Source: Thermoanaerobaculia bacterium (GTDB taxonomy: Bacteria > Acidobacteriota > Thermoanaerobaculia > Multivoradales > Multivoraceae). From it: DNA of 64,000 nt. Within the stretch, counting starts at the first letter, position 1. Each line of letters begins with the position of its first letter. The DNA lies in NCBI GenBank assembly GCA_963664405.1, contig OY761158.1, positions 6,304,001-6,368,000 on the forward strand, in the 5' to 3' direction. Below, piece after piece: positions 1-10,129 of the stretch. A program made the translations under genes and the position numbers. The notes under the pieces are model-generated. The model was not told the origin of the DNA and did not search any database. It saw only the letters and a list, made by a program, of their open reading frames with translations.

Positions 1-7
1 TCCCGAG

Positions 8-931
8 GTGAGCGTGTTGGTGCCGGTGAAGGACGAGGCCGCGACGGTAGAGGAGCTGGCTCGGCTCGTGGGTGCCGTCCTCGACCAGATTCAAGTGACC
101 TTCGAGATCATTTTCGTCGATGACGGCTCAGACGACGAAACGCCCTCTCGTATCTGCGACGCCCACAAGCGCGACGAGCGGGTGAAACTAGTCTGGCTAC
201 GACGCAACTTCGGCAAAGCCGCTGCCTTGAGTGCCGGCTTCGACCACTGCCGCGGTCGTTTGATTGTGACCATGGATGGTGATTTGCAGGACGATCCAGC
301 TGAGATCCCCGCTCTGCTCGAGCTTCTGGAGTCCCGTGATCTCGACCTCGTTTCGGGGTGGAAGAAGGAGCGTAAGGACCCGATCTCGAAGCGCTACCCC
401 TCCAAGCTCTTCAACTGGGTGACCCGCAAGCTGGCCGGCGTCGACCTTCACGACTTCAACTGCGGCTTCAAAGCCTATCGGCGTGAGGTACTTGAGCAGG
501 TTTCCATCTACGGTGAGCTTCATCGCTTTATCCCGGTGCTGGCCAACCGCCGAGGGTTCAAAGTCGGCGAGGTCGAAGTTCGCCATCATCCTCGACTCCA
601 CGGTGAGAGCAAGTACGGCTGGGACCGCTTCTACAAAGGGCTTCTCGATCTCATTACGGTCCTCTTCATCACCAAGTACACCCGACGCCCGCTCCACCTT
701 TTCGGCGTCTTCGGGCTCACTCTCCTTGCCGGAGGGTTCGCCACTAATCTCTATCTGGCGGTGCTGTGGTTCCAGGGTGCGCCGCTCTCCAATCGGCCGC
801 TGCTCCTCCTCGGTGTGCTACTCATGGTGCTCGGTTTTCAGATCCTCACTACCGGCCTGCTGGGAGAGATGATCACTTTCAAAAACTTCCGGCGCGCCGA
901 CAGCTACTCCATCAAGAAGTTTGTCGAGTAG
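8..931 (+). CDS. Glycosyltransferase family 2 (polyprenol-phosphate glycosyltransferase, ArnC/DPM-synthase-like); true start may lie upstream of the window
   Basis: VDDGS, RNFGKAAAL, MDGDLQDDP, DFNCGFK and ELHRFIP motifs; two C-terminal TM helices. Confidence 0.9.
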   Translation: MSVLVPVKDEAATVEELARLVGAVLDQIQVTFEIIFVDDGSDDETPSRICDAHKRDERVKLVWLRRNFGKAAALSAGFDHCRGRLIVTMDGDLQDDPAEIPALLELLESRDLDLVSGWKKERKDPISKRYPSKLFNWVTRKLAGVDLHDFNCGFKAYRREVLEQVSIYGELHRFIPVLANRRGFKVGEVEVRHHPRLHGESKYGWDRFYKGLLDLITVLFITKYTRRPLHLFGVFGLTLLAGGFATNLYLAVLWFQGAPLSNRPLLLLGVLLMVLGFQILTTGLLGEMITFKNFRRADSYSIKKFVE

Positions 932-2162
932 AGCGCTGAGGCTTCTCTTTCTCACCCAGACCTACCCGCGCTTTGCGGGGGATACGGCCGGTCCGTTTAT
1001 TCGCGATCTCGCCAAGGCACTGGTACGTGGTGGAGACGAGGTCACGGTGCTTGCGCCGCACGCCAAGGGGGTGAGGGTGGAGTGGGAGGAGGATGGCGTT
1101 CGAGCTCTTAGCTTCCGCTATGCCCCGGAGCCTCTCGAGGTGCTCGGTTACAGCCGCAGTCTCGCTGCCGACGAGAAAGTGAAGGCGGCCGCCGGACTGG
1201 TCGCTCCCCTCTACTTCCTCGCCGCCCGGCGCGCGTTGCGCAAGCTCCTCCGCCGGGAGGACTTCGACCTTCTGCATGCCCATTGGATCGTACCCAACGG
1301 TGTGGTTGCGTCTGCCCTGTCGAAGCGCATCCCGCTCGCTGTCGGCCTGCACGGTAGTGATGTGTTTCTGGCTGAGAAAGTGCTCATGCGACCCTTCGTT
1401 CACAGTCTGCTGCGCCGTACTGCGCTACTGACCGGTTGCTCCCCCGAGCTGGTCGATCGAGTGGCCGCGCTTGGGCTGGCAGGTGATCGTTGCCAGGTCA
1501 TCCCCTACGGGGTCGACGTCGAAGCCTTCAAGCCCGGGAAAGAGGGGCGGGTGGCCTGGCGCCAACGGCTCGGTATCCCCACCTCCGCAAAGGTGATTCT
1601 CTCGGTTGGCCGCATGGCTACCAAGAAGGGCTATCAGGTGTTGATCCCGCAGTTGCGCCGGCTGTTGGAGCGCAATCCGAGCTGTCACCTCGTGCTGGCC
1701 GGCGGAGGTGATCGACTCGAGGAGTTTCGTCGTGCCGCCTCCGGCTTCGCCGCCCGGGTTCACTTTCCTGGCGTCGTTTTGCGTCAGGGACTACCGAGTC
1801 TCTACCGCGCCGCTGATGTCTTCGTGTTGCCCGCTGTTCATGATGGCTCCGGTAACGTCGATGGTCTTCCCAATGTGATTCTCGAAGCGATGGCAAGCGG
1901 TCTTCCGGTCGTTGCCAGTGGAATCTCGGGCATACCGCTTGCCGTCGGGGATGGTGTGACCGGGCTACTCGTCGCCGAGAAGGACGAAAGAGCGCTTTAC
2001 AATGCTCTCGAGCGCCTGCTCAGGAATCCCGAGGAGGCACGCGAGCTCGGTGCAGCGGGCCGTCGTAAGACCGAAGAAGAGCTGACCTGGGATGCCGTGG
2101 CGGCCCGCTACCGGATGGCCTATCGGCAGGCGCTGACCGCTCCCGACCCGCGCATCTCCTAG
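921..2162 (+). CDS. Glycosyltransferase family 4
   Basis: HAHW, HGSDV, DGLPNVILEAMASGLPVV (GT-B EX7E-like region). Confidence 0.9.
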   Translation: MSSRALRLLFLTQTYPRFAGDTAGPFIRDLAKALVRGGDEVTVLAPHAKGVRVEWEEDGVRALSFRYAPEPLEVLGYSRSLAADEKVKAAAGLVAPLYFLAARRALRKLLRREDFDLLHAHWIVPNGVVASALSKRIPLAVGLHGSDVFLAEKVLMRPFVHSLLRRTALLTGCSPELVDRVAALGLAGDRCQVIPYGVDVEAFKPGKEGRVAWRQRLGIPTSAKVILSVGRMATKKGYQVLIPQLRRLLERNPSCHLVLAGGGDRLEEFRRAASGFAARVHFPGVVLRQGLPSLYRAADVFVLPAVHDGSGNVDGLPNVILEAMASGLPVVASGISGIPLAVGDGVTGLLVAEKDERALYNALERLLRNPEEARELGAAGRRKTEEELTWDAVAARYRMAYRQALTAPDPRIS

Positions 2163-2321
2163 TGTCCCGTGTGGGAAGTTCGTTGACCACCGAGAGCGTC
2201 GAGGCGCCCGCTGGGCAAGGCGCTCCGAGGCAGGCATAGCTGGGACTCTGTCGACGAGGAGCAACGCCGCCCAGCGGGATGCATCGGCGCTCGAATGGCA
2301 ACGAACTTCCCGCACGGGACA

Positions 2322-3413
2322 CTAAGGGGCCCTCTCTTCGCTCAATCGTCGGTAGGCCTCCATCTGCTCGGCGGCTTCTTCGTCGCGGCCGAGGCTCTCG
2401 AGAGCTCCGGCGTAGCCGAGTCTTACTTCCACGACGTCCTTGCCGAGATCGAGGGCGCGCTGAAAGTGCTCGATGGCTTCTTCCTCTCGGCCCAATTTAT
2501 TGAGGGCGCCGCCCAATAGGGCTTCAGCATCTCCGAGCTCCGGATCGAGCAGGAGAGATCGGCGGAACGCCTCTTCGGCCTTGGCGGGCCGGTTTGCGTC
2601 AAGGTGGAAGAGGCCGGCGAGGTAGTGATAGTAGGCCTGCTCGGGGAGCACCGACCGCGCCTTTTCGATCGCTATCTGGGCATCCTGCGGCTGCCGCCGA
2701 TAGAAGAAAACCTGGGCGAGTTGAGCTTGCACTCGCCCGTCTTCTGGATGCTCCTCCTCGAGCTGCCTCAGGAGGGTGTAGGCCTCGTCGATGCGTTTGC
2801 TGTTGGCAAGATCCATCGCTTCTTCGAGAGCTTCGACCAGCTGCTTCGACTCGGTCGTCTCCTCGAGCTCTTGGTCGCCGCGAAGGAGGAGGGCGTGAAG
2901 GGAGCCGGCGGTCTCATTCGCGGGGTCGAGCTCTTGCGCCATCTCGAGCAGCTCCAATGCCTCGCTGGTCCTGCCGACTGCGGCCAGACCCCGTCCAACC
3001 GCGAAGGCTGCAGCGCTCAACTCCGGCGCTGCGATGAATGCCTTGCGAGCAGCTTCGAGAGACTCCTCGTATTGCTCCTGACGAAATCGCATCTCGGCGA
3101 GGCCAAGCCAAGCATGGCCGGCCTCCATTGCTGTCTCCGCTACGAGACTACCGGCCGCGGTGAAGTGTTGCGCGGCGGCCTCGAGCTTACCGCTGTCCAT
3201 AGCCTCGATGGCCAGCGACATCTCTCTTTTGAAGTCGTCGTCTGCCGCTTCCTGGGCGCCGACGTCACTCAGCCCGGCCGAGACCAGTGCCGCGGCGAAA
3301 ATGAGCCCTGCGGTCCTGCGCAGAGGCCTACTCCGCGGTAAAGATGATGCCGATGTCAGTTGCACCGCCGGCTCCGGCCGTGACCACGATCTCTTGCTCT
3401 CCGAAGCGCTCAT
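2322..3413 (-). CDS. Tetratricopeptide-repeat protein, probably exported; start uncertain
   Basis: Repeated TPR helices (e.g. LGGALNKLGREEEAIEHFQRAL); signal-like LIFAAALVSAGLSDVGA. Confidence 0.75.
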   Translation of the reverse strand: MSASESKRSWSRPEPAVQLTSASSLPRSRPLRRTAGLIFAAALVSAGLSDVGAQEAADDDFKREMSLAIEAMDSGKLEAAAQHFTAAGSLVAETAMEAGHAWLGLAEMRFRQEQYEESLEAARKAFIAAPELSAAAFAVGRGLAAVGRTSEALELLEMAQELDPANETAGSLHALLLRGDQELEETTESKQLVEALEEAMDLANSKRIDEAYTLLRQLEEEHPEDGRVQAQLAQVFFYRRQPQDAQIAIEKARSVLPEQAYYHYLAGLFHLDANRPAKAEEAFRRSLLLDPELGDAEALLGGALNKLGREEEAIEHFQRALDLGKDVVEVRLGYAGALESLGRDEEAAEQMEAYRRLSEERAP

Positions 3414-4029
3414 GCCAGGCAACCAGAGTGTGAGTGCCGGCGGGCACATTGTCGATCCGGAAAGCGCCTGCCGCCGTCGAGACTGCAAAGAAGGGGTGGT
3501 CCATCACGAACATATAGGAAGCCATCCAAGGGTGTACGTCGCATTTGAACTTCAGCGCCGGCTCGGCGACCTTGAAAGTCTTGATTCGCGGCGCTGTCGC
3601 GGGAGGCTGACCTAGATTGAAAGGTCGGTTGGTGCGGGCCAGGGCCCGAACGTTGTGCAGAGTGTCGTCGCTGTTGACCACCTCGAGCGTTTGGTCGACA
3701 AGAATGCCCTGCACCCGGGGCATATACATGCAGCCCTTCTGATTAAGGCGAACGACTTCGTCGGGAGCGGCATGGTCTCCTGCAGGAGGATCCTTGAGGT
3801 AGAGGAAGACGTTCGCGAGTCCGCCTCCCGTGTTCACCACTACGTCTGCGTTCGGTATCTTTTCTTTGCCGTGAAACTCCACGCATTTGGGGTCGGCGTT
3901 CAATTTGAGCATTCCGGGTGCGGGCGGGTCACCGTCGAAATGGACGGTGCCGCTGATCTGTGCGCCGAGGCTTCCTGCGGTCAAGAGGCCGGCGATGGCG
4001 GAGGCAAGAAGGGCTTTTCTGCTGTTCAA
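3328..4029 (-). CDS. Exported carboxypeptidase-regulatory-like / cupredoxin-like protein
   Basis: Signal peptide; QKGCMYMP, NSDDTLHNV and KCDVHPWM (copper-ligand-like) motifs. Confidence 0.75.
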   Translation of the reverse strand: MNSRKALLASAIAGLLTAGSLGAQISGTVHFDGDPPAPGMLKLNADPKCVEFHGKEKIPNADVVVNTGGGLANVFLYLKDPPAGDHAAPDEVVRLNQKGCMYMPRVQGILVDQTLEVVNSDDTLHNVRALARTNRPFNLGQPPATAPRIKTFKVAEPALKFKCDVHPWMASYMFVMDHPFFAVSTAAGAFRIDNVPAGTHTLVAWHERFGEQEIVVTAGAGGATDIGIIFTAE

Positions 4030-4249
4030 TTATGGCTGTCCTCTCTCGGCTAGTCGCATCTGCTTTGAGGCTCCACTACACCCATCATAGGGACGCCTGC
4101 GGGTGATTGCTTGTTTCACCGCAAGGCGGTTCGTAGCGGCCCGAAAACAGGGTCGGGAAATCCTGGCGTCGAGATCACTGTTATACCCTACCGGAGGCCA
4201 TACGGCTTGGTGGAGCGCGCATTGAGCCCGCTTCTTCTGAATAGGACCG

Positions 4250-4972
4250 ATGTTGTCGTCGACCATTTCTATCAGGCTCGTTACAACGAGCTTTCTCCTT
4301 TCTGTTCTTGGCGCTTGGGGTGGCGTTGCTCGGTCTCAGGACCCCTACGAAGGCGCCAGGCAAGAGATGGTCGAGAGCCAGCTCCGGCGTCGTGGCATCC
4401 GGCAACAGAGTCTCCTCAACGCCATGGAGACCGTACCTCGCCACCTCTTCATTGCAGAGTCCGCGCGTCCCGAGGCCTACGTCGATGAGGCTCTCCCTCC
4501 GGGCGCCGCCAGCGGTGATGGACTTCTGCAGCCGTATATGACCGCACTTATGATCGAGCTTCTATCTCTCGACGGCAGCCAGCGGGTGCTCGAGATCGGT
4601 ACCGGCACCGGCTACGATGCCGCGGTTCTTTCGCGTCTTGCAAGCGAGGTCTACACCGTCGAGATCAGCTCTCGCCGCGGTGAGGAGGCGCGGGTCCGTC
4701 TCGCAGAGATGGGTTTTGAGAATGTGCACGTGCGCATCGGTGACGGCAAAGAGGGGTGGCCCTCGCAGGCACCCTTTGATGCAATCATCCTGACCACTGC
4801 GCCCGAGGAAGTCCCCCGCCAATTGCTCGACCAGCTACACCCGGACGGCACCATGGTCGTCGCCGTCGGTAGTCTGTTTCAGGAGCTCACGGTGATTACG
4901 AAATCACCTGATGGCGAGGTGCGCAAGCGGCGAGTCGAGCCGGTTCGGATGGAACCCATGAGCGTCGACTAA
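4250..4972 (+). CDS. pcm: Protein-L-isoaspartate O-methyltransferase
   Basis: VPRHLF, VLEIGTGTGY, GDGKEGWPSQAPFDAI. Confidence 0.9.
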   Translation: MLSSTISIRLVTTSFLLSVLGAWGGVARSQDPYEGARQEMVESQLRRRGIRQQSLLNAMETVPRHLFIAESARPEAYVDEALPPGAASGDGLLQPYMTALMIELLSLDGSQRVLEIGTGTGYDAAVLSRLASEVYTVEISSRRGEEARVRLAEMGFENVHVRIGDGKEGWPSQAPFDAIILTTAPEEVPRQLLDQLHPDGTMVVAVGSLFQELTVITKSPDGEVRKRRVEPVRMEPMSVD

Positions 4973-4984
4973 TCGGCCGGTCGT

Positions 4985-6352
4985 TTGGGTCGATACTCTT
5001 TCGACTTGTCTTTCTCCCGTCACCTCCGACTCCGGTCGGCTACCGCTCTCGTCGTCGCTAATATCGTCGGCGCCGGTATTTTCACCACCACCGGCTTCCA
5101 GGCCGCCGACCTCGGTCACCCCGGCTACATCTATCTGCTCTGGTTGATCGGGGGGTGCCTGGCCCTGGCGGGTGCCCTTTGCTACGCGGAGCTCGGGGCG
5201 GCGATGCCCGAGGCGGGGGGTGAATACGTCTACCTGCGCGAGACCTACGGTCCCGCTGTGGGCTTCATGAGCGGTTTCGTGTCTCTGGTCGCGGGCTTCT
5301 CGGCGCCGGTGGCGGCCGCGCTCAAGAGTCTCGTTCGCTATGCCAGCCACTTCCTTCCCGGCCTGACCGAAGGGAGGGTGCTTGGGGGCCTGTTCGCAAC
5401 CGAGGACCTGATCGCCGTCGGCTTGGTCTGGCTGTTGATCGCCGTCCATCTGCGGGGGCGCCGAGGGGGTGTCAGCTTCAACGACATCGTGACCCTGGTC
5501 AAGGTGGTCGGTGTGGTCGGCATCATCGTCGCGGCCTTTGCGATCGGCCGTGGCGAGCTCGGACGGATTGTCGAAGTGTCGCCGCGCTTCGCGGAGCTGC
5601 AAACGGGCGGCGGCTTGCTGCCGGCGCTTGCCACCTCTTTGATTTTTGTGATGTTCTGCTATTCGGGCTGGAACGCGTCTGCCTATGTCGCCAGTGAGAT
5701 GCGTGACCCGCAACGAGATCTGCCGCGATCGCTGCTCTATGGCACTGGTTTCGTTGTCCTCTTGTACCTTGGCCTCAACTTCGTCTACTTCTACGGTGCG
5801 GGCGTGGAAGGCCTGGCCGGAAATGTGGAAGTTGGGCTGGTAGCCTCGCGCGAGCTCTTCGGCTCGACCGGGGTAGGCCTGGTGACGCTCGTCCTCTGCA
5901 TCTCGATCCTCGCCTCCGCTTCGGCGATGACGATCGCGGGTCCCAGGGTCTATTACGCTTTGGGTCGCGACTTCCAACCGCTGCGGCGGCTGGCGCGAGT
6001 CAACCCGACAACGGGTGCGCCTTCGCTGGCGCTGATCCTCCAAGGCACGGTGACCTCGCTCCTCGTTATTTCCGGACGTGTCGACCAGATTCAACAGTAC
6101 GCGGGTTTTACTCTGAGCCTGTTCGCGAGTCTCGCCGTGTCTTGTGTCCTCGTTCTTCGTTGGCGCAGGCCGCAGATGGAGAGACCGTTCCGGGCCTGGG
6201 GCTATCCCCTTACGCCCATTCTCTTCCTCGGCGTATCCGGCTGGATGATGTACTGGGCCTTCTTCGGTCGTCCGGTCGAGTCGACCCTGGCCCTCCTGAC
6301 CGTTGCAGCTGGCGGCATCACTTTCTTCTTCGTGGGTCGCCGAAGACGGTAG
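4985..6352 (+). CDS. APC-family amino acid permease
   Basis: IVGAGIF, YAELGAAMPEAGGEY, YSGWN, ERPFRAWGYP; about 12 TM helices. Confidence 0.9.
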   Translation: MGRYSFDLSFSRHLRLRSATALVVANIVGAGIFTTTGFQAADLGHPGYIYLLWLIGGCLALAGALCYAELGAAMPEAGGEYVYLRETYGPAVGFMSGFVSLVAGFSAPVAAALKSLVRYASHFLPGLTEGRVLGGLFATEDLIAVGLVWLLIAVHLRGRRGGVSFNDIVTLVKVVGVVGIIVAAFAIGRGELGRIVEVSPRFAELQTGGGLLPALATSLIFVMFCYSGWNASAYVASEMRDPQRDLPRSLLYGTGFVVLLYLGLNFVYFYGAGVEGLAGNVEVGLVASRELFGSTGVGLVTLVLCISILASASAMTIAGPRVYYALGRDFQPLRRLARVNPTTGAPSLALILQGTVTSLLVISGRVDQIQQYAGFTLSLFASLAVSCVLVLRWRRPQMERPFRAWGYPLTPILFLGVSGWMMYWAFFGRPVESTLALLTVAAGGITFFFVGRRRR

Positions 6353-6387
6353 CGTCGAGCAGCTAGTGCCATGTCGGAGACACGGCA

Positions 6388-7449
6388 CTAGAAGAGAGCC
6401 ATCTGTGGCCCGGTTCGAGGCCGGCGAAAGGCGTCGATGTTGAGCTCGAGGCCTCTCGAAGCGAGGCCACTGCGATCGCGCGCAATGCGGAAGAGCTCTC
6501 CGATCTGGTCCGCGTAGCGCCCCGTTCCTCGCAGCCGGCGACCCCATGCGGTGTCGTTCATATTGCCGTCACGCACGTCGCGAACCCGGCTGAGCACACG
6601 CTCGGCACGATCGGGACGGTGGGCACGGAGCCAGTCTTCGAACATCGCCTCGAGGCCGAAGGGCAGACGCAGCATGACGTATCCCGCGCTGCGAGCTCCG
6701 GCTTCGGCGGCGCGGTCGAGGATATGAGGGATCTCGTGATCGGTGAGACCGGGAATGACGGGAGCCACCATCACTCCGGTGGGGATGCCGCTGGCGGAGA
6801 GTGCCCGAATGGCTTCGATACGGCGCCGCGGATGCGAAGCTCTTGGCTCGAGCTCAGCGGCGAGCGCGGCGTCGAGGGTCGGCACCGAGAGGAAGACGGC
6901 ACAGGCGTCGACTTCGGCGAGCTCGCTCAGATGATCGATGTCTCTGGTGACCAGGTGGTTCTTGGTGACGATGGCCACCGGGTTGCGGGCGTCGGCGAAC
7001 ACTTCCAAACAACGCCGCGAGATCGTCAGCTTGCGCTCCACCGGCTGGTAGGGGTCGGTGACCCCGCTCATCGCCACTGTCTGCGGGCGCCATCGAGGGT
7101 GCGCGAGCTCTTGCCGAAGAAGCTCCGGAGCGCGCTCCTTGACCAGAATTCGGGTCTCGAAGTCGAGACCGGCGGAGAATCCCAGGTACTCGTGAGTGGG
7201 GCGTGCGTAGCAGTAGGCGCATCCGTGCTCGCAGCCGCGATAGGGGTTGAGGCTGTAGGTGAAGGGCAGGTCGGGACTGTCATTTTTGGAAAGCACCCTT
7301 TTCGAGTCGTCGCGCAAAAGGATTGTCTCGGGGCGGGGGCCTCTTTCCGCTTCGCCCGTCTGTTCGTAGATCACGTCGAGCTTCTCGAAACGACCCTTTG
7401 GATTCGAGGTTGCCCCGCGTCCGTGAATCCACGGTTTATTACGCTTCAT
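6388..7449 (-). CDS. Radical SAM protein, PA0069/Rv2578c (SplB-like) family
   Basis: NPYRGCEHGCAYCYAR (CxxxCxxC), SGVTDPYQP. Confidence 0.9.
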   Translation of the reverse strand: MKRNKPWIHGRGATSNPKGRFEKLDVIYEQTGEAERGPRPETILLRDDSKRVLSKNDSPDLPFTYSLNPYRGCEHGCAYCYARPTHEYLGFSAGLDFETRILVKERAPELLRQELAHPRWRPQTVAMSGVTDPYQPVERKLTISRRCLEVFADARNPVAIVTKNHLVTRDIDHLSELAEVDACAVFLSVPTLDAALAAELEPRASHPRRRIEAIRALSASGIPTGVMVAPVIPGLTDHEIPHILDRAAEAGARSAGYVMLRLPFGLEAMFEDWLRAHRPDRAERVLSRVRDVRDGNMNDTAWGRRLRGTGRYADQIGELFRIARDRSGLASRGLELNIDAFRRPRTGPQMALF

Positions 7450-7589
7450 TTACGCCATTCTACATTCGGCGACTCTCGAGTCAAACGAGGCCTGCGATCG
7501 CTGTCACCGAGGTGTACTACGGTGATCTCGACCCTCATCCCCGGCGGGTGACGGCCGCGCTCGAACGCCTGGGTCGCTATCTGCCCCAC

Positions 7590-9356
7590 TCAGGATGAGC
7601 GGGCTCGGCCTCGCAGCCAGGTGTGAAGCTTCTTCGCCGGCCAGGTGTTGATGCAGGACTCGCTCTCGAGACCACCACGCCGTCCGGTGAGGACGCCGTA
7701 CTCGAGAAAGTCCATCTGGCTCTCGGAGTGCGCGTCGGTATTGATCGCGATCTTGCAGCCGTGCGCGAGTGCATCGCGAACGTGGTGGTCGCGCAGGTCG
7801 AGGCGCCTGGGATTGGCGTTGATCTCGAGAACCGTGTCGTGCTCGCCCGCGGCCCGGAAGAGAGCCTCCATATCCGGGCGCAGACCCTGACGGCGGAGCA
7901 CCAGCCGCCCGGTGGGATGGCCGATGATGTGCACCCGAGGGTGGCGAATAGCGGCGAGGAGGCGCCGGGTGGCCTGGCTCGGACTCTGATTCAGCGAAGC
8001 ATGCGGAGAGGCAACCACGAGGTCGAGTTGAGCGAGGAGCTCGTCTTCGTAGTCGAGACTGCCGTCGGCGAGGATGTCGACCTCGGAACCGACGAGCACT
8101 TTGATTCCACGAATCCGTGCGTCGGCGGCTCGCACGGCTTCGATATGCAGTAGCAACCGCCGCGGGTCGAGCCCGTTGGCGATGACCGAGCTCTGCGAGT
8201 GGTCGGTGATCGCGACGGTGTGAAAGCCCCGCGACTTCGCCGCCCCCACCAGCTCGTCGAGGCTCCATCGCCCGTCACTGGCGACAGTATGGGAGTGGAG
8301 CTCGCAACGAATATCCGAGAGCTCTATGAGCCCGATCGGCGGCTCATCCAGCCGGCCTCGACCCTGACGAAGCTCTGGGGGGATGAAGGGGAGGTCGAGC
8401 CCGGCGTAGATCTCCTCTTCGCTGGCCGCGGCCAGCGGCGCGACGCCGCGGTCCTGAGGCCGCTCTTCCCGGCCCGGGAAGAGACCGTACTCGTTCAGAT
8501 GCTTGTCTTGCTGATTGGCAACCTCGCGCAGCCAGACATTGTGCTCTTTCGACCCGCTGAAGTAGAGCAGGGCGGCTCCCCAGGCTCCTTCCGGGACGAT
8601 GCGCAGGTCGGCCTGGAGGGCGACACCGCCGGTCTCCAGCCGAATCGAGCTCTTGGTCTCTCCGTGGGCGAGAACCTGGGTGACGGGCTCGAGGCCGACG
8701 AAGGTCCGGCTCAGAGCCTGCGGATCCTCACAGGAGGCTAGAATGTCGATGTCACCGATGGTCTCCTTGCCGCGGCGGAGGCTGCCTGCGAAGGCGATCT
8801 TCGATACGCCCTCGAGGTTGCCGAGTCCGTCGACGAGGACTCGAGCAATCGGCAGGGCTACACCGAGCGAGACCCGGTCCTGCGACTTCTCGCTGAAGGC
8901 GAGTGCCTTGTGTAGATTCGCCAGACTCTTTTCGCCCATCCGCGGCAGGCCTAGAAGCTCGGGAGAGTCGAGCTTGGCGCGGAGCTTCTCGAGACTGTCG
9001 ATCCCAAGCTCTTCCCACATCAGCTTGACCGCTTTCGGTCCAAGGCCCGGAATGGCGAGGAGCTCGAGAAGGCCGCGAGGGACCTTCTCGAAGAGCTCTT
9101 CGTGCTCCTGGATGCGACCGCTCTCTACGTATTCGACGATGCGAGCCGCCGAGGACTTGCCGATGTCGGGAATGGCGGCGACGCGCGAGGCCGCGGTGGC
9201 CCGGTCGGTGCGCACCAGTCGTTCGACCTCTTCGCTCATCGACACGAGCTTCCGCGCCACCCGGCGGTTGGAGACCGAGCGGAAGGGGTTGGCGCCGAGG
9301 AGATCGAGGCCGGCCGCGATTTCCTCGAAGAGCCTGGCGATCTTTTCGTTCGCCAC
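7590..9356 (-). CDS. polX: DNA polymerase X / PHP 3'-5' exonuclease
   Basis: GSLRRGKETIGDIDIL, FSGSKEHN; PHP motifs HSHT, TDHS, HPTGR, NTDAH. Confidence 0.93.
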   Translation of the reverse strand: MANEKIARLFEEIAAGLDLLGANPFRSVSNRRVARKLVSMSEEVERLVRTDRATAASRVAAIPDIGKSSAARIVEYVESGRIQEHEELFEKVPRGLLELLAIPGLGPKAVKLMWEELGIDSLEKLRAKLDSPELLGLPRMGEKSLANLHKALAFSEKSQDRVSLGVALPIARVLVDGLGNLEGVSKIAFAGSLRRGKETIGDIDILASCEDPQALSRTFVGLEPVTQVLAHGETKSSIRLETGGVALQADLRIVPEGAWGAALLYFSGSKEHNVWLREVANQQDKHLNEYGLFPGREERPQDRGVAPLAAASEEEIYAGLDLPFIPPELRQGRGRLDEPPIGLIELSDIRCELHSHTVASDGRWSLDELVGAAKSRGFHTVAITDHSQSSVIANGLDPRRLLLHIEAVRAADARIRGIKVLVGSEVDILADGSLDYEDELLAQLDLVVASPHASLNQSPSQATRRLLAAIRHPRVHIIGHPTGRLVLRRQGLRPDMEALFRAAGEHDTVLEINANPRRLDLRDHHVRDALAHGCKIAINTDAHSESQMDFLEYGVLTGRRGGLESESCINTWPAKKLHTWLRGRARSS

Positions 9357-9357
9357 G

Positions 9358-10020
9358 CTACTCGAGGAGGCGTTGGTGGACGCCGTGGATCATCTTGAAG
9401 ACCGGAGTTCTACCTTGCGCTGTGCGTTTGGGCTCCTCGGTCAGCCACTCTTCGAGCTCGACGAGCACGCGGACAGTGATGTTCGGGAGATTGAGCGCTC
9501 GGGCCTCGTCGATCGAGAACCAGCGCAGATCCACGAGCTCGCCGCTGCCGCCGAGGCGGCCCTGAGCGTGCTCCGCATCGGCGACGAAGAAGCGGGCGTT
9601 GAAGCGCTTCGGTCGGTAGGGAGGCGTGATCGCTCGGCAGAGTAGGTCGAGGGGTTCCAAATCCGGGGCCAAGCCTCTCTCCGCGAACCCCCTCCAGGTG
9701 GGGGAGTGTCGGTTCAGCGGTAGGCCTTCCTTGGCGAGAAGGAGCCCGGTCTCTTCGAAGAGCTCGCGCACGGCGGCGATCGCCAGGGCTCGAGCTCGTG
9801 CTTCGCTGGCCGCCCGGGTGAGACATGCCTCTACGTGGGGGCGCAGTGGCGAGGCGGGGCGGACGCGGCTGTCGGAGGGGTCGACACGTCCGCCTGGAAA
9901 GACGTAGGCGTTGGCCCACTGATCTCGGGAGGGGCGCCGCCCGAGCAGCACTCGCGGCCCATCGGACTCCCGGCGGAGGAGGATGAGGGTCGCTGCATCT
10001 CTTGGCCGGCTGGCGGGCAT
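9358..10020 (-). CDS. NUDIX hydrolase
   Basis: PRDAATLIL, YVFPGG and AVRELFEETG Nudix box; start placed at MPASRP. Confidence 0.85.
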   Translation of the reverse strand: MPASRPRDAATLILLRRESDGPRVLLGRRPSRDQWANAYVFPGGRVDPSDSRVRPASPLRPHVEACLTRAASEARARALAIAAVRELFEETGLLLAKEGLPLNRHSPTWRGFAERGLAPDLEPLDLLCRAITPPYRPKRFNARFFVADAEHAQGRLGGSGELVDLRWFSIDEARALNLPNITVRVLVELEEWLTEEPKRTAQGRTPVFKMIHGVHQRLLE

Positions 10021-10129
10021 CGCAGGGGGAATCCTACCCTTCCGGCCGGGCCTCGCCGATGACTGGGCTGATGCGGTGACGCTCGTGCGCGCGGGTGTGG
10101 GATCTGTCAAACTTCCGGCAAAGAAAACA

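Noticed and set aside
4904-6547. Long antisense ORFs (also 11454-12758, 19034-20320, 42674-44161, 61351-62544)
   Set aside because: Shadows of well-supported opposite-strand genes in high-GC DNA; no motifs
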